Shown here in pieces: positions 29,445 to 40,127 of a DNA stretch of 64,000 bases. The stretch spans positions 2,592,001-2,656,000 of the forward strand of contig CP181291.1 in NCBI GenBank assembly GCA_052279835.1. Direction: 5' to 3'. The position numbers and the translations under genes are program-made. The stretch is from Microcoleus sp. (lineage in GTDB: Bacteria > Cyanobacteriota > Cyanobacteriia > Cyanobacteriales > Microcoleaceae). How positions within the stretch are numbered: the stretch's first letter is position 1; each line of letters starts with the position of its first letter. A model generated the notes under the pieces. It was not told the origin of the DNA. It saw nothing but the letters and a program-made list of their open reading frames with translations, and did not search any database.

Positions 29445-31595
29445 ATGAAATATCAGGTTGTTCTTCAGCATAGTGAAGAAGATTGCGGAGCTGCTTGCTT
29501 GGCTTCCATCGCTAAATTTTATGGTCAAAATTTAACTATTAGTCGCTTGCGAGAATGCGTCGGTACCGGTCAACAAGGGACGACTTTACTGGGCTTAAAA
29601 CAAGGAGCTGAGGCGATCGGCTTTAATGCTCGATCGGTACGAGCAGCATCTGCCATTTTAGACAAGCTGGATGATGCCCCTCTACCTGCTATTATTCACT
29701 GGAAAGGTTATCACTGGGTAGTTTTGTATGGAAAGCAGGGCAAAAAATATGCGATCGCCGATCCAGGAGTCGGCATCCGCTATGTTTCCAAACAGGAATT
29801 AGCTACTGCTTGGACAGATTGGTTGTGCTTGCTGGTGGAACCAGATCCAGAGCGGTTTTTTGCCCAAGGAGAGAGTCAAGCATCCGCAAGTTCTCTACAG
29901 AGATGGATGCGACGAATTGGGATTTACCGCTCGATTTTGATGGAAGCATTTTTGCTAAATATAGTCTTAGGTTTGTTGTCGATTTCTTCGCCTTTTCTCG
30001 TGCAAATTCTCACCGATGATATTTTGGTGCGAGGCGATACGCAACTTTTGGCTAGTGTGGCGATCGCCGTTATAGTTATGAACCTATTTAGCAGCAGTTT
30101 AGGACTCGTGCAGTCGAACTTAATTGCTCAGTTTTCCCAGCGATTAGAATTGGGATTCGTGATGGAATTCGGGCGCAAACTACTGCGTTTACCTCTGAGC
30201 TTTTACGAAAGTAGACGCAGTGGCGAAGTCATCGGTAGATTAAAAGATATCCAAGAAATAAATCAATTAGTTTCTCAAGTAGCCATCAGCTTACCCAGTC
30301 AATTTTTTATAGCGATAGTTTCTTTTAGTTTCATGCTTTTTTATAGTAAAGAACTAACACTAGCCGCTACACTGATTGCGTGTTTGATGACTGCTTCTAC
30401 TATAATATTTCTGCCCGCATTGCAGCAAAAAACACGCAACTTACTTGTATTAGAATCCGAAACACAAGGGATGTTGGTAGAAACTTTTAAAGGGGCGTTG
30501 ACTGTCAAAACTACTAGCAGCGCCCAACAACTTTGGGAAGAATTGCAAACACGCTTTGGTCGTTTAGCTAATCTTACTTTTCGGACTACCCAAATTGGGA
30601 TATTAAATAATATATTTTCGGGTTTTGTTGCCTCGGCGGGGAGCATTACTATCCTGTGGCTGGGGAGCGGCTTAGTGATTGAAAAAGTCTTGAGTATCGG
30701 TCAATTACTAGCCTTTATTAGCATGAATCAAAATGTGACAAATTTAGTAAACTCAGTGGTAGGATTTAGTGACGAAATGACTCGCGTCCAGACAGCAACT
30801 CAGCGGCTATCGGAGGTGATAGACGCTGAACCGGAAAGCAAAAGCGATCGGAATAAACCTTTTGTACAAATTCAAAACCGGGACGATATTGTTTGTAAGA
30901 ATGTTAAGTTTCACTATCCAGGTAGACTGGATTTGCTCGAAAATTTTTCGGTTACGTTTCCTGGTGGTCAATCCATCGCTTTAATTGGCTATTCCGGCTG
31001 TGGCAAGAGTACCCTAGCTAAAGTAATTGCTGGTTTATATCCGCTGCAATCTGGTAATATTAGAATTGGTGATTATAATTTACAGGATTTGTCTCTTGAC
31101 AGTCTCAGACAGCAGGTAGTTTTGGTTCCTCAAGAAGCACATTTTTGGAGTAGATCGATTCTAGAAAATTTCCGTTTAGGCTATCCAGAAATTAGCTTTG
31201 AACAAATTGTTAAAGCTTGTAAAATTGCTGGGGCGGATGAATTTATCAGTCAATTACCAGATAAATACCAAACGGTGTTAGGGGAATTTGGAGCGAATAT
31301 TTCTGGTGGACAAAGACAAAGATTGGCGATCGCCCGTGCCATTCTCAACAATCCACCCGTATTGATTTTAGACGAATCTACCGCCGGCTTAGATCCGGCC
31401 AGTGAAGCGGAAGTTTTAGAACAGTTGTTGATGTACCGACACGGAAAAACTACGATTTTTATCAGTCACAGGCCGAGGGTGATCGATCGCGCTGATTGGA
31501 TTATCATGTTAGAACGGGGGAAGTTGAAAGTGCAAGGATCTGCTGCCAGATTGCGATCGATTCCCGGAGATCATTTAGAGTTTTTGCATCCTTGA
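29445..31595 (+). CDS. Peptidase C39-containing ABC transporter (PCAT)
   Basis: QHSEEDCGAACLA, HWVV and IADP protease motifs; TM domain; GYSGCGKST, ISGGQRQR, LILDE. Confidence 0.96.
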   Translation: MKYQVVLQHSEEDCGAACLASIAKFYGQNLTISRLRECVGTGQQGTTLLGLKQGAEAIGFNARSVRAASAILDKLDDAPLPAIIHWKGYHWVVLYGKQGKKYAIADPGVGIRYVSKQELATAWTDWLCLLVEPDPERFFAQGESQASASSLQRWMRRIGIYRSILMEAFLLNIVLGLLSISSPFLVQILTDDILVRGDTQLLASVAIAVIVMNLFSSSLGLVQSNLIAQFSQRLELGFVMEFGRKLLRLPLSFYESRRSGEVIGRLKDIQEINQLVSQVAISLPSQFFIAIVSFSFMLFYSKELTLAATLIACLMTASTIIFLPALQQKTRNLLVLESETQGMLVETFKGALTVKTTSSAQQLWEELQTRFGRLANLTFRTTQIGILNNIFSGFVASAGSITILWLGSGLVIEKVLSIGQLLAFISMNQNVTNLVNSVVGFSDEMTRVQTATQRLSEVIDAEPESKSDRNKPFVQIQNRDDIVCKNVKFHYPGRLDLLENFSVTFPGGQSIALIGYSGCGKSTLAKVIAGLYPLQSGNIRIGDYNLQDLSLDSLRQQVVLVPQEAHFWSRSILENFRLGYPEISFEQIVKACKIAGADEFISQLPDKYQTVLGEFGANISGGQRQRLAIARAILNNPPVLILDESTAGLDPASEAEVLEQLLMYRHGKTTIFISHRPRVIDRADWIIMLERGKLKVQGSAARLRSIPGDHLEFLHP

Positions 31596-31709
31596 GCGAG
31601 TTAGAACTTATGAAATCGCCGACTTCTTGAAGAAGTCGGGGGATTTAAGTATTCTGTTGTCCTCAATCAAAGAGAGATTCTAATTATAAATGTTTAATCG
31701 AACCTGATA

Positions 31710-31787
31710 TTACTCAACCGTCGGTGGTGTAATCCAGGCATCTTCCTCACCTGTGCAAGGATTGCGCACACTGATTGCTTGAGTCAT
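31710..31787 (-). pseudogene. Possible 5' remnant of an aldehyde dehydrogenase gene
   Basis: MTQAISVRNPCTGEEDAWITPP resembles the ALDH N-terminal V.NP.TG motif; stop after 25 aa. Confidence 0.4.
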
Positions 31788-31806
31788 GGGATTAAACTCT
31801 GCCTTC

Positions 31807-33072
31807 CTATGGAATCATCCTTTTAGCAAAGCGATATTCTTTGCCTTCTTTAAAAGCGGTAAAACTTTGCCCGTCAGGGCTAAACATTACAGAGAAACTA
31901 TCTGTATCACCATTTTGATACATTATTATGTGAACTTCAATTGATCGTGCCCTAACGTTGCTTTTTTTCCAAACACCCCGCCACAGATTGCTTGCACTCA
32001 CAGTTCCGTCGGCGGAAAATCTCCAGGGAACTGAATGGTAAAATCCAGGTTCTACCCCCACTCGCCACAGAGTGTTGTTCACCATGGAAAATATTTCGTT
32101 CACATCAGAAGAGTCTCTAGTCATAGGAGCTTGTTGAGGCACAAGTAGTATTCCAAGCGATGCCATGATTCCCAAAATGACTAGGCTGCCAAATATAACA
32201 TTTGTTGATTTAGAATTTGTGAAATTCAACCCTTTTCCAAGGATACTGTTTTCACCACCAATGTCAATTGGCTGAAGTTCCTTCAACGCAATAGCGGCAT
32301 TAGGATAGCGGGTTTTAATGCTGATAGATACCATTTTCTCTAGCCAGTTAACAAACTGAGAATTCAATTTAGGTAACTTCTTTTTAAATTGAATGCGACT
32401 ATGCTCATCAAGTAAATTTCCAATCTCTGTTGATTTTGTTTTTGTTAACAAACAAATTAGTGTCATTCCTAAGCTGTATAGGTCAGACGATTCTGTCAGT
32501 TCGCGATTGAATAGTTGTTCTGGTGGCATAAATCCCATTGTGCCTTTAACAACACTGCTAACTGCTGTATCACCACTTGTACGGGCAAAGCCAAAGTCTA
32601 CAAGATAAGCTGCGATCTGTCGTGAACGATTAACCAGAATATTTTCTGGCTTAATGTCTCTATGGACTATAGGGGGCGATTGCTGCTGTAAATAGACCAG
32701 AACATTCAAAATATCAAGAGCAATTTGCTTAATTTCATGAAGCTCCAAATGCTGAGAATGAGACAAAGCAACAGCTTTTTTGTATTCCTGAACTAAGCAA
32801 AACCCGTTCGCAGTTTCAAATGAATTAAGATATAGGGGGATGTTAGGATGATTAAGCGATCTTAAGATCTTAAGTTCTGCTTGATAAGCATTATACCCAG
32901 CCCAAGAGGTTGTGCTGGTTGCAAATTGAAATTGCTTGATCGCAACAGCTTTTTGATCTTTTATTTGAATTGCTTTGTAAGTAACTCGACCTCCAGAGCT
33001 ATTTTCCCCTAGAACTCGGTCAACCTTATATCCTTGAGAACTAAAGTCTGGATACTCATTTGTGGATTGCAT
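31807..33072 (-). CDS. Ser/Thr protein kinase with TM helix and small extracytoplasmic domain
   Basis: VAIK; HRDIKPEN; DFG; GTMGFMPPEQ; DLYSLG. Confidence 0.93.
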   Translation of the reverse strand: MQSTNEYPDFSSQGYKVDRVLGENSSGGRVTYKAIQIKDQKAVAIKQFQFATSTTSWAGYNAYQAELKILRSLNHPNIPLYLNSFETANGFCLVQEYKKAVALSHSQHLELHEIKQIALDILNVLVYLQQQSPPIVHRDIKPENILVNRSRQIAAYLVDFGFARTSGDTAVSSVVKGTMGFMPPEQLFNRELTESSDLYSLGMTLICLLTKTKSTEIGNLLDEHSRIQFKKKLPKLNSQFVNWLEKMVSISIKTRYPNAAIALKELQPIDIGGENSILGKGLNFTNSKSTNVIFGSLVILGIMASLGILLVPQQAPMTRDSSDVNEIFSMVNNTLWRVGVEPGFYHSVPWRFSADGTVSASNLWRGVWKKSNVRARSIEVHIIMYQNGDTDSFSVMFSPDGQSFTAFKEGKEYRFAKRMIP

Positions 33073-33115
33073 ATCTATAAAAGTAGGGTAGTATTATGAT
33101 CGCAGACTTTGATTT

Positions 33116-33776
33116 TCAGTTTGATGCAATGTATTCCCGACCAAAATTCTGCACTTCTCGCAACACAGTCAGATCCGTCTCCGTTTTTCGTAGTTCAATC
33201 CACTGATTCAACTGGTCCACACTCACCATAGGAAAAGCACGGCTATTAAGTGCATCTGTGTACTGCCCATCCTGAAACAATTGAATACTCAATTTATGCC
33301 GCCGATACAACCAGATTTCTGGAACTTCCATTGCCAGATAGATAGACATTTTGCTGGCTGAAGAAACTGGCAATATCTACTTCCAACGCCAAATCGGGGG
33401 CAAGACTTTCAGAAGCGTTTGTCTCCATCCCTTGCCCTCGTGTGGCATTTTGGATGTAGAAACAGGTATCGGGCTCAATGCCGCGATCGATGGTTTCACG
33501 ATTCAGCGTAGTGGAACCAAAATCATTTGCCTCCATCCCCAACTCCATTGCCAGCATTGTAATGATTTTTGCCAGCAGCCGATTGACGATTTCGTGAGGT
33601 TCTCCTGGCATTCTGATCTCCAATACTCCCTGGTTATAAGCAATGCGAGTTGGGCGATTATCTCCCAAGTTTTGCAGCAACGCTTCATAGGTTTTCCAGG
33701 TTAGCCCTGAAATGATCATGGCACTACCAGGAGTCAACTTAATTTGATTGATTGGTGTCGCGATCGCTGCGCTCAT
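33116..33776 (-). pseudogene. Uma2/DUF820 protein with a +1 frameshift near 33365
   Basis: IEPDTCFY...PDLALEVDIAS in one frame; SSASKMSIYLAMEVPEIWLY in the next (extra T in AGTTTCTTCA). Confidence 0.85.
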
Positions 33777-33971
33777 GGGTTAGCTCTCTAGCGAATAGTA
33801 ATTCGGTTTCTAAATTACTCGTATTATAGCTGTTCGGGCTGTGTATTTAGATTTCACAGCGCGATAATCGTAAGGTGCATCGCCATCAATAATCTGTCAG
33901 TAAAATCAATTTTTTGGTAGCGACGCACCTTACAAAATATAGTAAGGGGGCAATTTTTGCTTTTTGCTCGA

Positions 33972-35585
33972 TTAATGCACTCTGCACACTAGGGCGATCG
34001 CCTCTTGATTTTCTAGTACCAAACCATACTCCAAACCTTCAACCACAGCCTGACAAGAAGCATCCAAAATATTACCAGAAACCCCAACCGTCGTCCAGCG
34101 ATCTTGACCGTTACTAAACTCAACCAACACGCGAGTTTTAGCAGAAGTTCCCGCGCCACCGTCGAGAATCCGCACCTTGTAGTCTGTTAGGTAAAAATGT
34201 GCGATCGCCGGATAGAAATTAACCAAAGCTTTCCGCAAAGCCGTATCCAAAGCTGAAACCGGGCCGTTTCCTTCCGCAGCTTCCAAAATATTTGTGCCAT
34301 TTACCGACAATTTCACCGTCGCTAAAGCCGCACAATCTTCGCCTACCTTATCGCAGTGAACTTGAAATCCCTGAATTGTAAACCAGGGCTGACGCTTTCC
34401 CAAAGCTTCTCGCATTAACAATTCAAAACTCGCCTCAGCAGCCTCAAATTGATAGCCCTGACTTTCCAATTTTTTCAATCTTTCCAGAATTTGGCGACAA
34501 GCAGGATCTTGGCGATCGAGTTCAATCCCAAAAGTTTTAGCCTTTGCTAAAACATTGCTTAAACCCGACTGATCGGAAATCACAATTCGGCGAATATTCC
34601 CGACTTTTTCCGGTTCTAAATGTTCGTAAGTTAGCGGATTTGTTTCCACAGCAGATACATGAATTCCGCCCTTATGAGCAAAGGCTGAAAGCCCCACAAA
34701 AGGAGCGTGGTCATCGGGAGCTAAATTGACAATTTCGCTGACAGATCGACTAACCTGAGTTAATTTGATTAATTGCTCATCTTGAATACAATCATAACCC
34801 AACTTAAGTTGAAAATTTGGAATCAAAGAACACAAATTAGCATTACCACAGCGTTCGCCATAACCATTAATAGTTCCCTGTACCATCTTCACTCCTTCCT
34901 GCACAGCAGCCAAAGCATTAGCCACCGCAACTCCGGAATCATTATGAGTATGAATCCCTAACTGTAAAGACGAGTTAGAATCGATACTTAAAACCTCTGA
35001 AACCTCTCGCACAACCTGACTAATTTCGTGAGGCAAAGTGCCGCCGTTGGTATCGCAAAGCACCAGCCATTCAGCACCAGCTTGGGCCGCCGCCCTCAAT
35101 GTTTGAATGGCATAATCTCGATTGTGTTTATAGCCATCAAACCAGTGTTCAGCATCATAAATAACCCGCCTTCCCTGACTCCGCAAATATTCAATGGTAT
35201 CTGCAATCATCGCCAAATTTTCATCTAGCGTCGTCTTCAACCCTTCAATGACGTGCAAATCCCAAGACTTGCCAAACAGTGTTACCCAGTGAGTACCAGC
35301 AGACAAAATAGCCTGCAACATTTCATCATTAGCCGCCGCCCTTCCCGGTCTCCTAGTCGAACAAAAAGCCACAACTTCTGCTTGAGTTAGCGGCTGTTCT
35401 TTCAGTCGCCAAAAAAATTGTACGTCTTTAGGATTAGCCCCTGGCCAGCCACCTTCGATAAAAGGAATTCCTAAACTGTCTAACTGACGAGCAATTTGTA
35501 GTTTGTCTTCCAGAGATAGGGAGAGTCCCTCGCACTGGGCACCGTCTCGCAGCGTGGTATCGTAGATCCAGAGCCGATTTGTCAT
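33972..35585 (-). CDS. cimA: Citramalate synthase
   Basis: YDTTLRDGAQ; EGGWPGANPKD; HTHND; GYGERCGNAN; HKGGIH. Confidence 0.92.
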   Translation of the reverse strand: MTNRLWIYDTTLRDGAQCEGLSLSLEDKLQIARQLDSLGIPFIEGGWPGANPKDVQFFWRLKEQPLTQAEVVAFCSTRRPGRAAANDEMLQAILSAGTHWVTLFGKSWDLHVIEGLKTTLDENLAMIADTIEYLRSQGRRVIYDAEHWFDGYKHNRDYAIQTLRAAAQAGAEWLVLCDTNGGTLPHEISQVVREVSEVLSIDSNSSLQLGIHTHNDSGVAVANALAAVQEGVKMVQGTINGYGERCGNANLCSLIPNFQLKLGYDCIQDEQLIKLTQVSRSVSEIVNLAPDDHAPFVGLSAFAHKGGIHVSAVETNPLTYEHLEPEKVGNIRRIVISDQSGLSNVLAKAKTFGIELDRQDPACRQILERLKKLESQGYQFEAAEASFELLMREALGKRQPWFTIQGFQVHCDKVGEDCAALATVKLSVNGTNILEAAEGNGPVSALDTALRKALVNFYPAIAHFYLTDYKVRILDGGAGTSAKTRVLVEFSNGQDRWTTVGVSGNILDASCQAVVEGLEYGLVLENQEAIALVCRVH

Positions 35586-35702
35586 GGGGAATTAGAAATT
35601 TCAATTTGGTAATATATGAATTATCATATTAGATGAAATTCTGGCAAATAAATGCGATAATATATAGGAAAATTAACATAGATCTAATTGGGGTGAATTG
35701 CT

Positions 35703-36041
35703 GTGGTTAAAGTACAAGCACAAGGAAAAACTTTTGAGTGCGATCGGGGAGCCAATCTCCGTGAAGTTTTGCTAGAGAACGGCATCGATCTCTACAACGG
35801 CAATGCCAAAATCATCAATTGTCACGGTCTCGGCACTTGCGGCACCTGTGCCGTCACCATCGAGGGCGAAGTTTCCGAACCCCAGTGGCGTGAAAAAACC
35901 AGACTTTCCCTCCCTCCCCATTCTCCCACATCCAACCGCCGTCTGTCTTGCCAAACTCAAGTTTTAGGCGATATTAAGGTAACAAAATATGACGGTTTTT
36001 GGGGTCAAGGTTCTGAAACAGTCTGGAAACCAACCGCCTAG
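35703..36041 (+). CDS. 2Fe-2S ferredoxin
   Basis: CHGLGTCGTC...RLSCQ. Confidence 0.92.
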   Translation: MVKVQAQGKTFECDRGANLREVLLENGIDLYNGNAKIINCHGLGTCGTCAVTIEGEVSEPQWREKTRLSLPPHSPTSNRRLSCQTQVLGDIKVTKYDGFWGQGSETVWKPTA

Positions 36042-36191
36042 ATTTTTGATTTAAAAACGCACATAAGTGAACCACACTTAAAAAGATAAAATATCCAGAG
36101 CCCTGACAATTTCTGCGAAGTCAGGGTTCTGAAACAAGATAGTTGTACGTTGAATGAGGTCAAAAGGGCAAAAAAGTCCATAGAAAATTCT

Positions 36192-37280
36192 ATGAATGTA
36201 TCTCAAGATATTCTGATTATTGGTGGCGGAATTATCGGTCTTTCCCTAGCAGTTGAACTGAAATTGCGAGGGGCATCTGTGAGTGTAGTCGATCGAGATT
36301 TCAAACAAGCAGCCGCACGCGCCGCAGCGGGAATGCTGGCACCTCAAGCGGAAAAAATCCCTCCCAGTCCGATGCTGGATTTGTGTTTGCAAAGTCGCGC
36401 CTTGTATTCTACGTGGGTCGATCGACTAGAAGATATTACCGGATTGAAAACGGGATATTGGCGATCGGGAATTCTCGCACCAGTTTGTCAAGGTGATTGG
36501 GAAGACAAGTCATCTTTACCAAATATGAATGCTCAATGGCTGGATGCAGATACTATTCGCCAACACCAGTGGGGATTGGGTGAAGAAGTAGTTGGCGGTT
36601 GGTGGTATCCTGACGATGCTCAAGTTGATAATCGCGCTTTGTTTAGGACGCTTCAATTTACTATTAAAAAATTGGGAATCGAAGTTATTCAAGACAATTC
36701 TGTCGAAATTATTCGGGAAGCAAATAGAGTTGTTGGTGTGGAAACAACGGCGGAAAAATTAAAAGCTGACCGTTATGTTTTGGCAACAGGTGCTTGGTCT
36801 GAGATATTATTGGATATTCCTGTTTATCCCAGAAAAGGGCAAATGCTGTCTGTATGCGTCCCGGAAAGTTACGAAGTGATTCAGCCGCTGCAAACCGTTT
36901 TATTCGGAACAGGGATTTATATTGTGCCGCGTCAAGATGGTAGGATTATTATTGGCGCGACTAGCGAAAATGTAGATTTTACTCCAGGAAATACGCCGAC
37001 CGGAATTAAAAAATTGCTAGCCGGAGCTATTAAGTTATATTCAGAATTGCAAAATTATCCGATTCTGGAGTTTTGGTGGGGTTTTCGGCCAGCTACCCCT
37101 GATGAATTGCCCATTTTAGGTGCTAGTGCTTGGGAAAATTTAACCCTAGCGACGGGGCATTATCGCAATGGTATTTTGTTGGCTCCTGTGACGGCGAAAT
37201 TGTTGGCTGACTTGATTGAAAATGGGAAGTCTGACCCGTTGCTAACTGCTTTTCATTATTCCCGGTTTATGAAAAATTAG
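36192..37280 (+). CDS. thiO: Glycine oxidase ThiO
   Basis: IIGGGIIG; AAAGMLAP; GFRPATPD; GHYRNGILLAP. Confidence 0.92.
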   Translation: MNVSQDILIIGGGIIGLSLAVELKLRGASVSVVDRDFKQAAARAAAGMLAPQAEKIPPSPMLDLCLQSRALYSTWVDRLEDITGLKTGYWRSGILAPVCQGDWEDKSSLPNMNAQWLDADTIRQHQWGLGEEVVGGWWYPDDAQVDNRALFRTLQFTIKKLGIEVIQDNSVEIIREANRVVGVETTAEKLKADRYVLATGAWSEILLDIPVYPRKGQMLSVCVPESYEVIQPLQTVLFGTGIYIVPRQDGRIIIGATSENVDFTPGNTPTGIKKLLAGAIKLYSELQNYPILEFWWGFRPATPDELPILGASAWENLTLATGHYRNGILLAPVTAKLLADLIENGKSDPLLTAFHYSRFMKN

Positions 37281-37287
37281 ATTATTA

Positions 37288-37396
37288 ATATCAAATCCCC
37301 TAGCCTCTAAATTATTCATCTCTCTACTCTCTCCCTCTGTGTCCTCTGTGTTCTCTGTGGTAAAAAAAATCCGATCGATCCAACCGCAAACGATAT
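37288..37396. repeat. ATATC...GATAT-ended MITE-like repeat with a CTCTGTG core
   Basis: Ends resemble 40128-40362. The core ctctgtgtcctctgtgttctctgtgg recurs, inverted, near 17590 and 44740. Confidence 0.55.
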
Positions 37397-37439
37397 GACA
37401 TCAGCTTTAGTAAAAATATTAGCAGTAAGTTAGATTTTA

Positions 37440-38618
37440 TCACCTACGCTTTAAACCTAGTACGCTGAGGAAAAAGCTCGATAAAACCATCTGCAAACCT
37501 ACAGTCAGGCAAGTGAGCGACGGAATCACCAAACGCAAAGTTTTGGAAGGGTTAAGGATGCCAAAAGCAGTTTCACTCCAGATAGTTAACGATAATATCG
37601 AGCCAACTATTCCAATTAATATGAGGGCGACTCCGACAATCAATCCTGTCTCTAGGGTGACATAGCGAAATATTTTATTGAGTTTGGGGTCTGGAGGCAG
37701 TAGTTTCTCGCTGATGGCGAAAACTTTGGTGAATAAAGCAAATGTTACTGCTTGAAAACCAATGATAATTGCGATCGCAGCATAAAGCAGAGTGTGCACA
37801 TCAAAGCTAACACGGCCAATCTTTTGAGTACCCGGTAATAGCCATATGCCCACAATTAGACCCCAAATCATCAGCGCTACACCCGGATACAAAAACAGCC
37901 AGCGGGGACTGTAAAGCAGCAAAAATCGCAGGTGTCGCCAGCCATCTCGCCAAGTTCGCAGATGTGGCGGACGGCTGCGGCCGTCGGGAGAGAGTACGGT
38001 GGGAACTTCAGCGATTCGTAGTTTGTACAGAGAGGCTTTGACTACCATTTCGCTAGCAAATTCCATCCCTGTTGTTTGCAAGTCCAGGTTTAAAATTGCA
38101 TCTCTTCTGAAACCCCGCAGCCCACAGTGAAAGTCGCCGGCGGGACTTGAGAAAAATAGCCGCCCAACCCATGTCAGCACAGGATTTCCTAAGTATTTGT
38201 GCAGCGGTGGCATTGCACCCGGTTTGATGCCGCCTTGAAAGCGGTTTCCCATGACTAAATCCCAGCCACCTCGCAATTTTTCGACAAAAGCGCCGAGGTT
38301 GGAAAAGTCGTAACTGTCGTCAGCATCGCCCATAATAATATAGACTCCGCGTGCTGCGACGAGCCCTCCCATGAGGGCGCTACCGTAGCCTTTGGCTGGT
38401 ACTGGGATCACTCTGGCTCCCATTTTGGTGGCAATTTCTTGAGACCCGTCAGTGCTGCCGTTGTCTGCTATGATGACCTCGCCAGCAATATTGAGTTCGC
38501 CCAGAGACTTCTGTGCCTTCTCTATGCAGATTTCTAGTGTTTCTGCTTCGTTCAGGCAGGGCATGAGTATCGATAATTCGAGAGTGTATTCCCAGGTTGC
38601 CTTGGTCTGCTGTGCCAT
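37440..38618 (-). CDS. GT2 glycosyltransferase (polyprenol-phosphate glycosyltransferase-like)
   Basis: SILMPCLNE; ADNGSTDGS; DADDSYD; C-terminal TM helices. Confidence 0.9.
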   Translation of the reverse strand: MAQQTKATWEYTLELSILMPCLNEAETLEICIEKAQKSLGELNIAGEVIIADNGSTDGSQEIATKMGARVIPVPAKGYGSALMGGLVAARGVYIIMGDADDSYDFSNLGAFVEKLRGGWDLVMGNRFQGGIKPGAMPPLHKYLGNPVLTWVGRLFFSSPAGDFHCGLRGFRRDAILNLDLQTTGMEFASEMVVKASLYKLRIAEVPTVLSPDGRSRPPHLRTWRDGWRHLRFLLLYSPRWLFLYPGVALMIWGLIVGIWLLPGTQKIGRVSFDVHTLLYAAIAIIIGFQAVTFALFTKVFAISEKLLPPDPKLNKIFRYVTLETGLIVGVALILIGIVGSILSLTIWSETAFGILNPSKTLRLVIPSLTCLTVGLQMVLSSFFLSVLGLKRR

Positions 38619-38776
38619 ATGTTTGTTTCACTCTTGCTCGCGAGCGATAATCCTTATTTTTCCCGTATCTTTGCTTAAATTATGGGTGGGCAACCAAATT
38701 AAAAACAACTTAATAAAAGCTGTTAAGGATGTTTTTTTATACAATTATTATGGCTGTATTATAGGTGGGTAAATTC

Positions 38777-39169
38777 ATGAATAGAAGCGTTTTTCTAGTT
38801 TTGCTTGCTGCTATTTTGTGTGGCGTTCTCGGTCAATTTAGCCTGAAAGCTGGAGCTAAAATATTAGGGCCCATTGGTGCTGCTAATTTAGTTGAAAAAA
38901 TCCTAGCAATGGCTACTCAGCCTCTGATAGTAGGCGGTCTGGCTTTGTATGCAGTTTCTTCTATAGGGTTTATTGTTGTACTTTCTCGCGCCAACCTTAG
39001 CATAGTCTCGCCTTTACTGTCAATTAGCTACTTGTTTACTGTCTTAGGAGGGAAAATTATCTTTAACGAGCCTTTACCACCGTTGCGATTGGTAGGCATG
39101 GGGTTAATTATGACGGGAGTAATTTTTGTACTCCGAGGTCAAGCTGGAGGGGCGACAGGAGGAAGTTAG
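38777..39169 (+). CDS. EamA/SMR-like (ArnE/F-type) membrane protein
   Basis: Four TM segments; GQFSLKAG; LSRANLSIVSPLLSISY; FNEP. Confidence 0.8.
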   Translation: MNRSVFLVLLAAILCGVLGQFSLKAGAKILGPIGAANLVEKILAMATQPLIVGGLALYAVSSIGFIVVLSRANLSIVSPLLSISYLFTVLGGKIIFNEPLPPLRLVGMGLIMTGVIFVLRGQAGGATGGS

Positions 39170-39172
39170 TCT

Positions 39173-40057
39173 ATGTCTAATTTTGGGGATGCTGTGAACA
39201 TAGATCTATTATTGCGCGATCGCAGGGCAATTCTGGCCACCATGCACCAAAAAGAACGGGTGATGGCTCCGATTTTGGAGCGGGAATTAGGTGTCAAAAT
39301 CCTAGTACCTGCGGATTTAGACACAGACTCCTTTGGCACTTTTACCAGAGAAGTTAAACGCTTAGGAACTCAAATAGAAGCGGTGCGATTAAAAGCGGCA
39401 ACTGCTCTGGATATTGCCGGGGAAACTCTGGCCTTCGCCAGCGAAGGTAGCTTCGGCCCTCATCCGGCAATGCCCTATCTGCCTGCTAATCGAGAAATTG
39501 TGATTTTATTAGATAGAGAACACAATCTCGAACTGATTGGCGAATCTTTATCAGTGGAAACTAACTACAGTCATCAGTTAGTTTCCAGTGTAGAAGAAGC
39601 GCAAGTTTTTGCTAAGAAAGTTGGATTTCCCCAACACGCTCTGGTGGTTGTAGCTGGTGATGTGGCCACAGGTAATGGCGAAATTGTCAAGGGAATAGTT
39701 ACAGAAAAAGATTTGGTTGATGCTGTTAGCGCTGGTATCAACAAATCAGCCAGTGGTAAAGTTCATGTCGAAACAGATATGCGGGCGATGTACAATCCAA
39801 CTCGGATGGAAAATATCGCCAATGCCACTCTTGATTTAGTCAAAAAATATTACCAATTCTGCCCGGAGTGCCGTTGGCCGGGATTTGATTGTGTAGAAAA
39901 TAAAATAGGGTTGCCCTGCGGACTGTGCTATTTTCCGACTCAGCTAGTGCGATCGACAATTTATCAATGCAAAGCTTGCGGTTATCGCCAAGAAAAACTA
40001 TTTCCAGAGGGCAGAGAAACTGCCGATCCCGCCCAGTGCCAATATTGTAACCCCTGA
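39173..40057 (+). CDS. Conserved hypothetical protein (DUF6671-like) with C-terminal Cys motifs
   Basis: ATMHQKE; ASEGSFGPHP; TDMRAMYNPTRM; CPEC, CGLC, CKAC, CQYCNP. Confidence 0.75.
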   Translation: MSNFGDAVNIDLLLRDRRAILATMHQKERVMAPILERELGVKILVPADLDTDSFGTFTREVKRLGTQIEAVRLKAATALDIAGETLAFASEGSFGPHPAMPYLPANREIVILLDREHNLELIGESLSVETNYSHQLVSSVEEAQVFAKKVGFPQHALVVVAGDVATGNGEIVKGIVTEKDLVDAVSAGINKSASGKVHVETDMRAMYNPTRMENIANATLDLVKKYYQFCPECRWPGFDCVENKIGLPCGLCYFPTQLVRSTIYQCKACGYRQEKLFPEGRETADPAQCQYCNP

Positions 40058-40127
40058 ACAAACCAGATGTTAAACCTCAGAAATAATATCAATTCGAGCT
40101 GCACTCAGACATGATTTTTGACTGTTA

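Noticed and set aside
26803..31595. HlyD/ABC pair as the exporter of the RTX protein
   Set aside because: The C39 domain keeps its catalytic Cys and GG-leader peptides are adjacent, so a peptide substrate is more likely.
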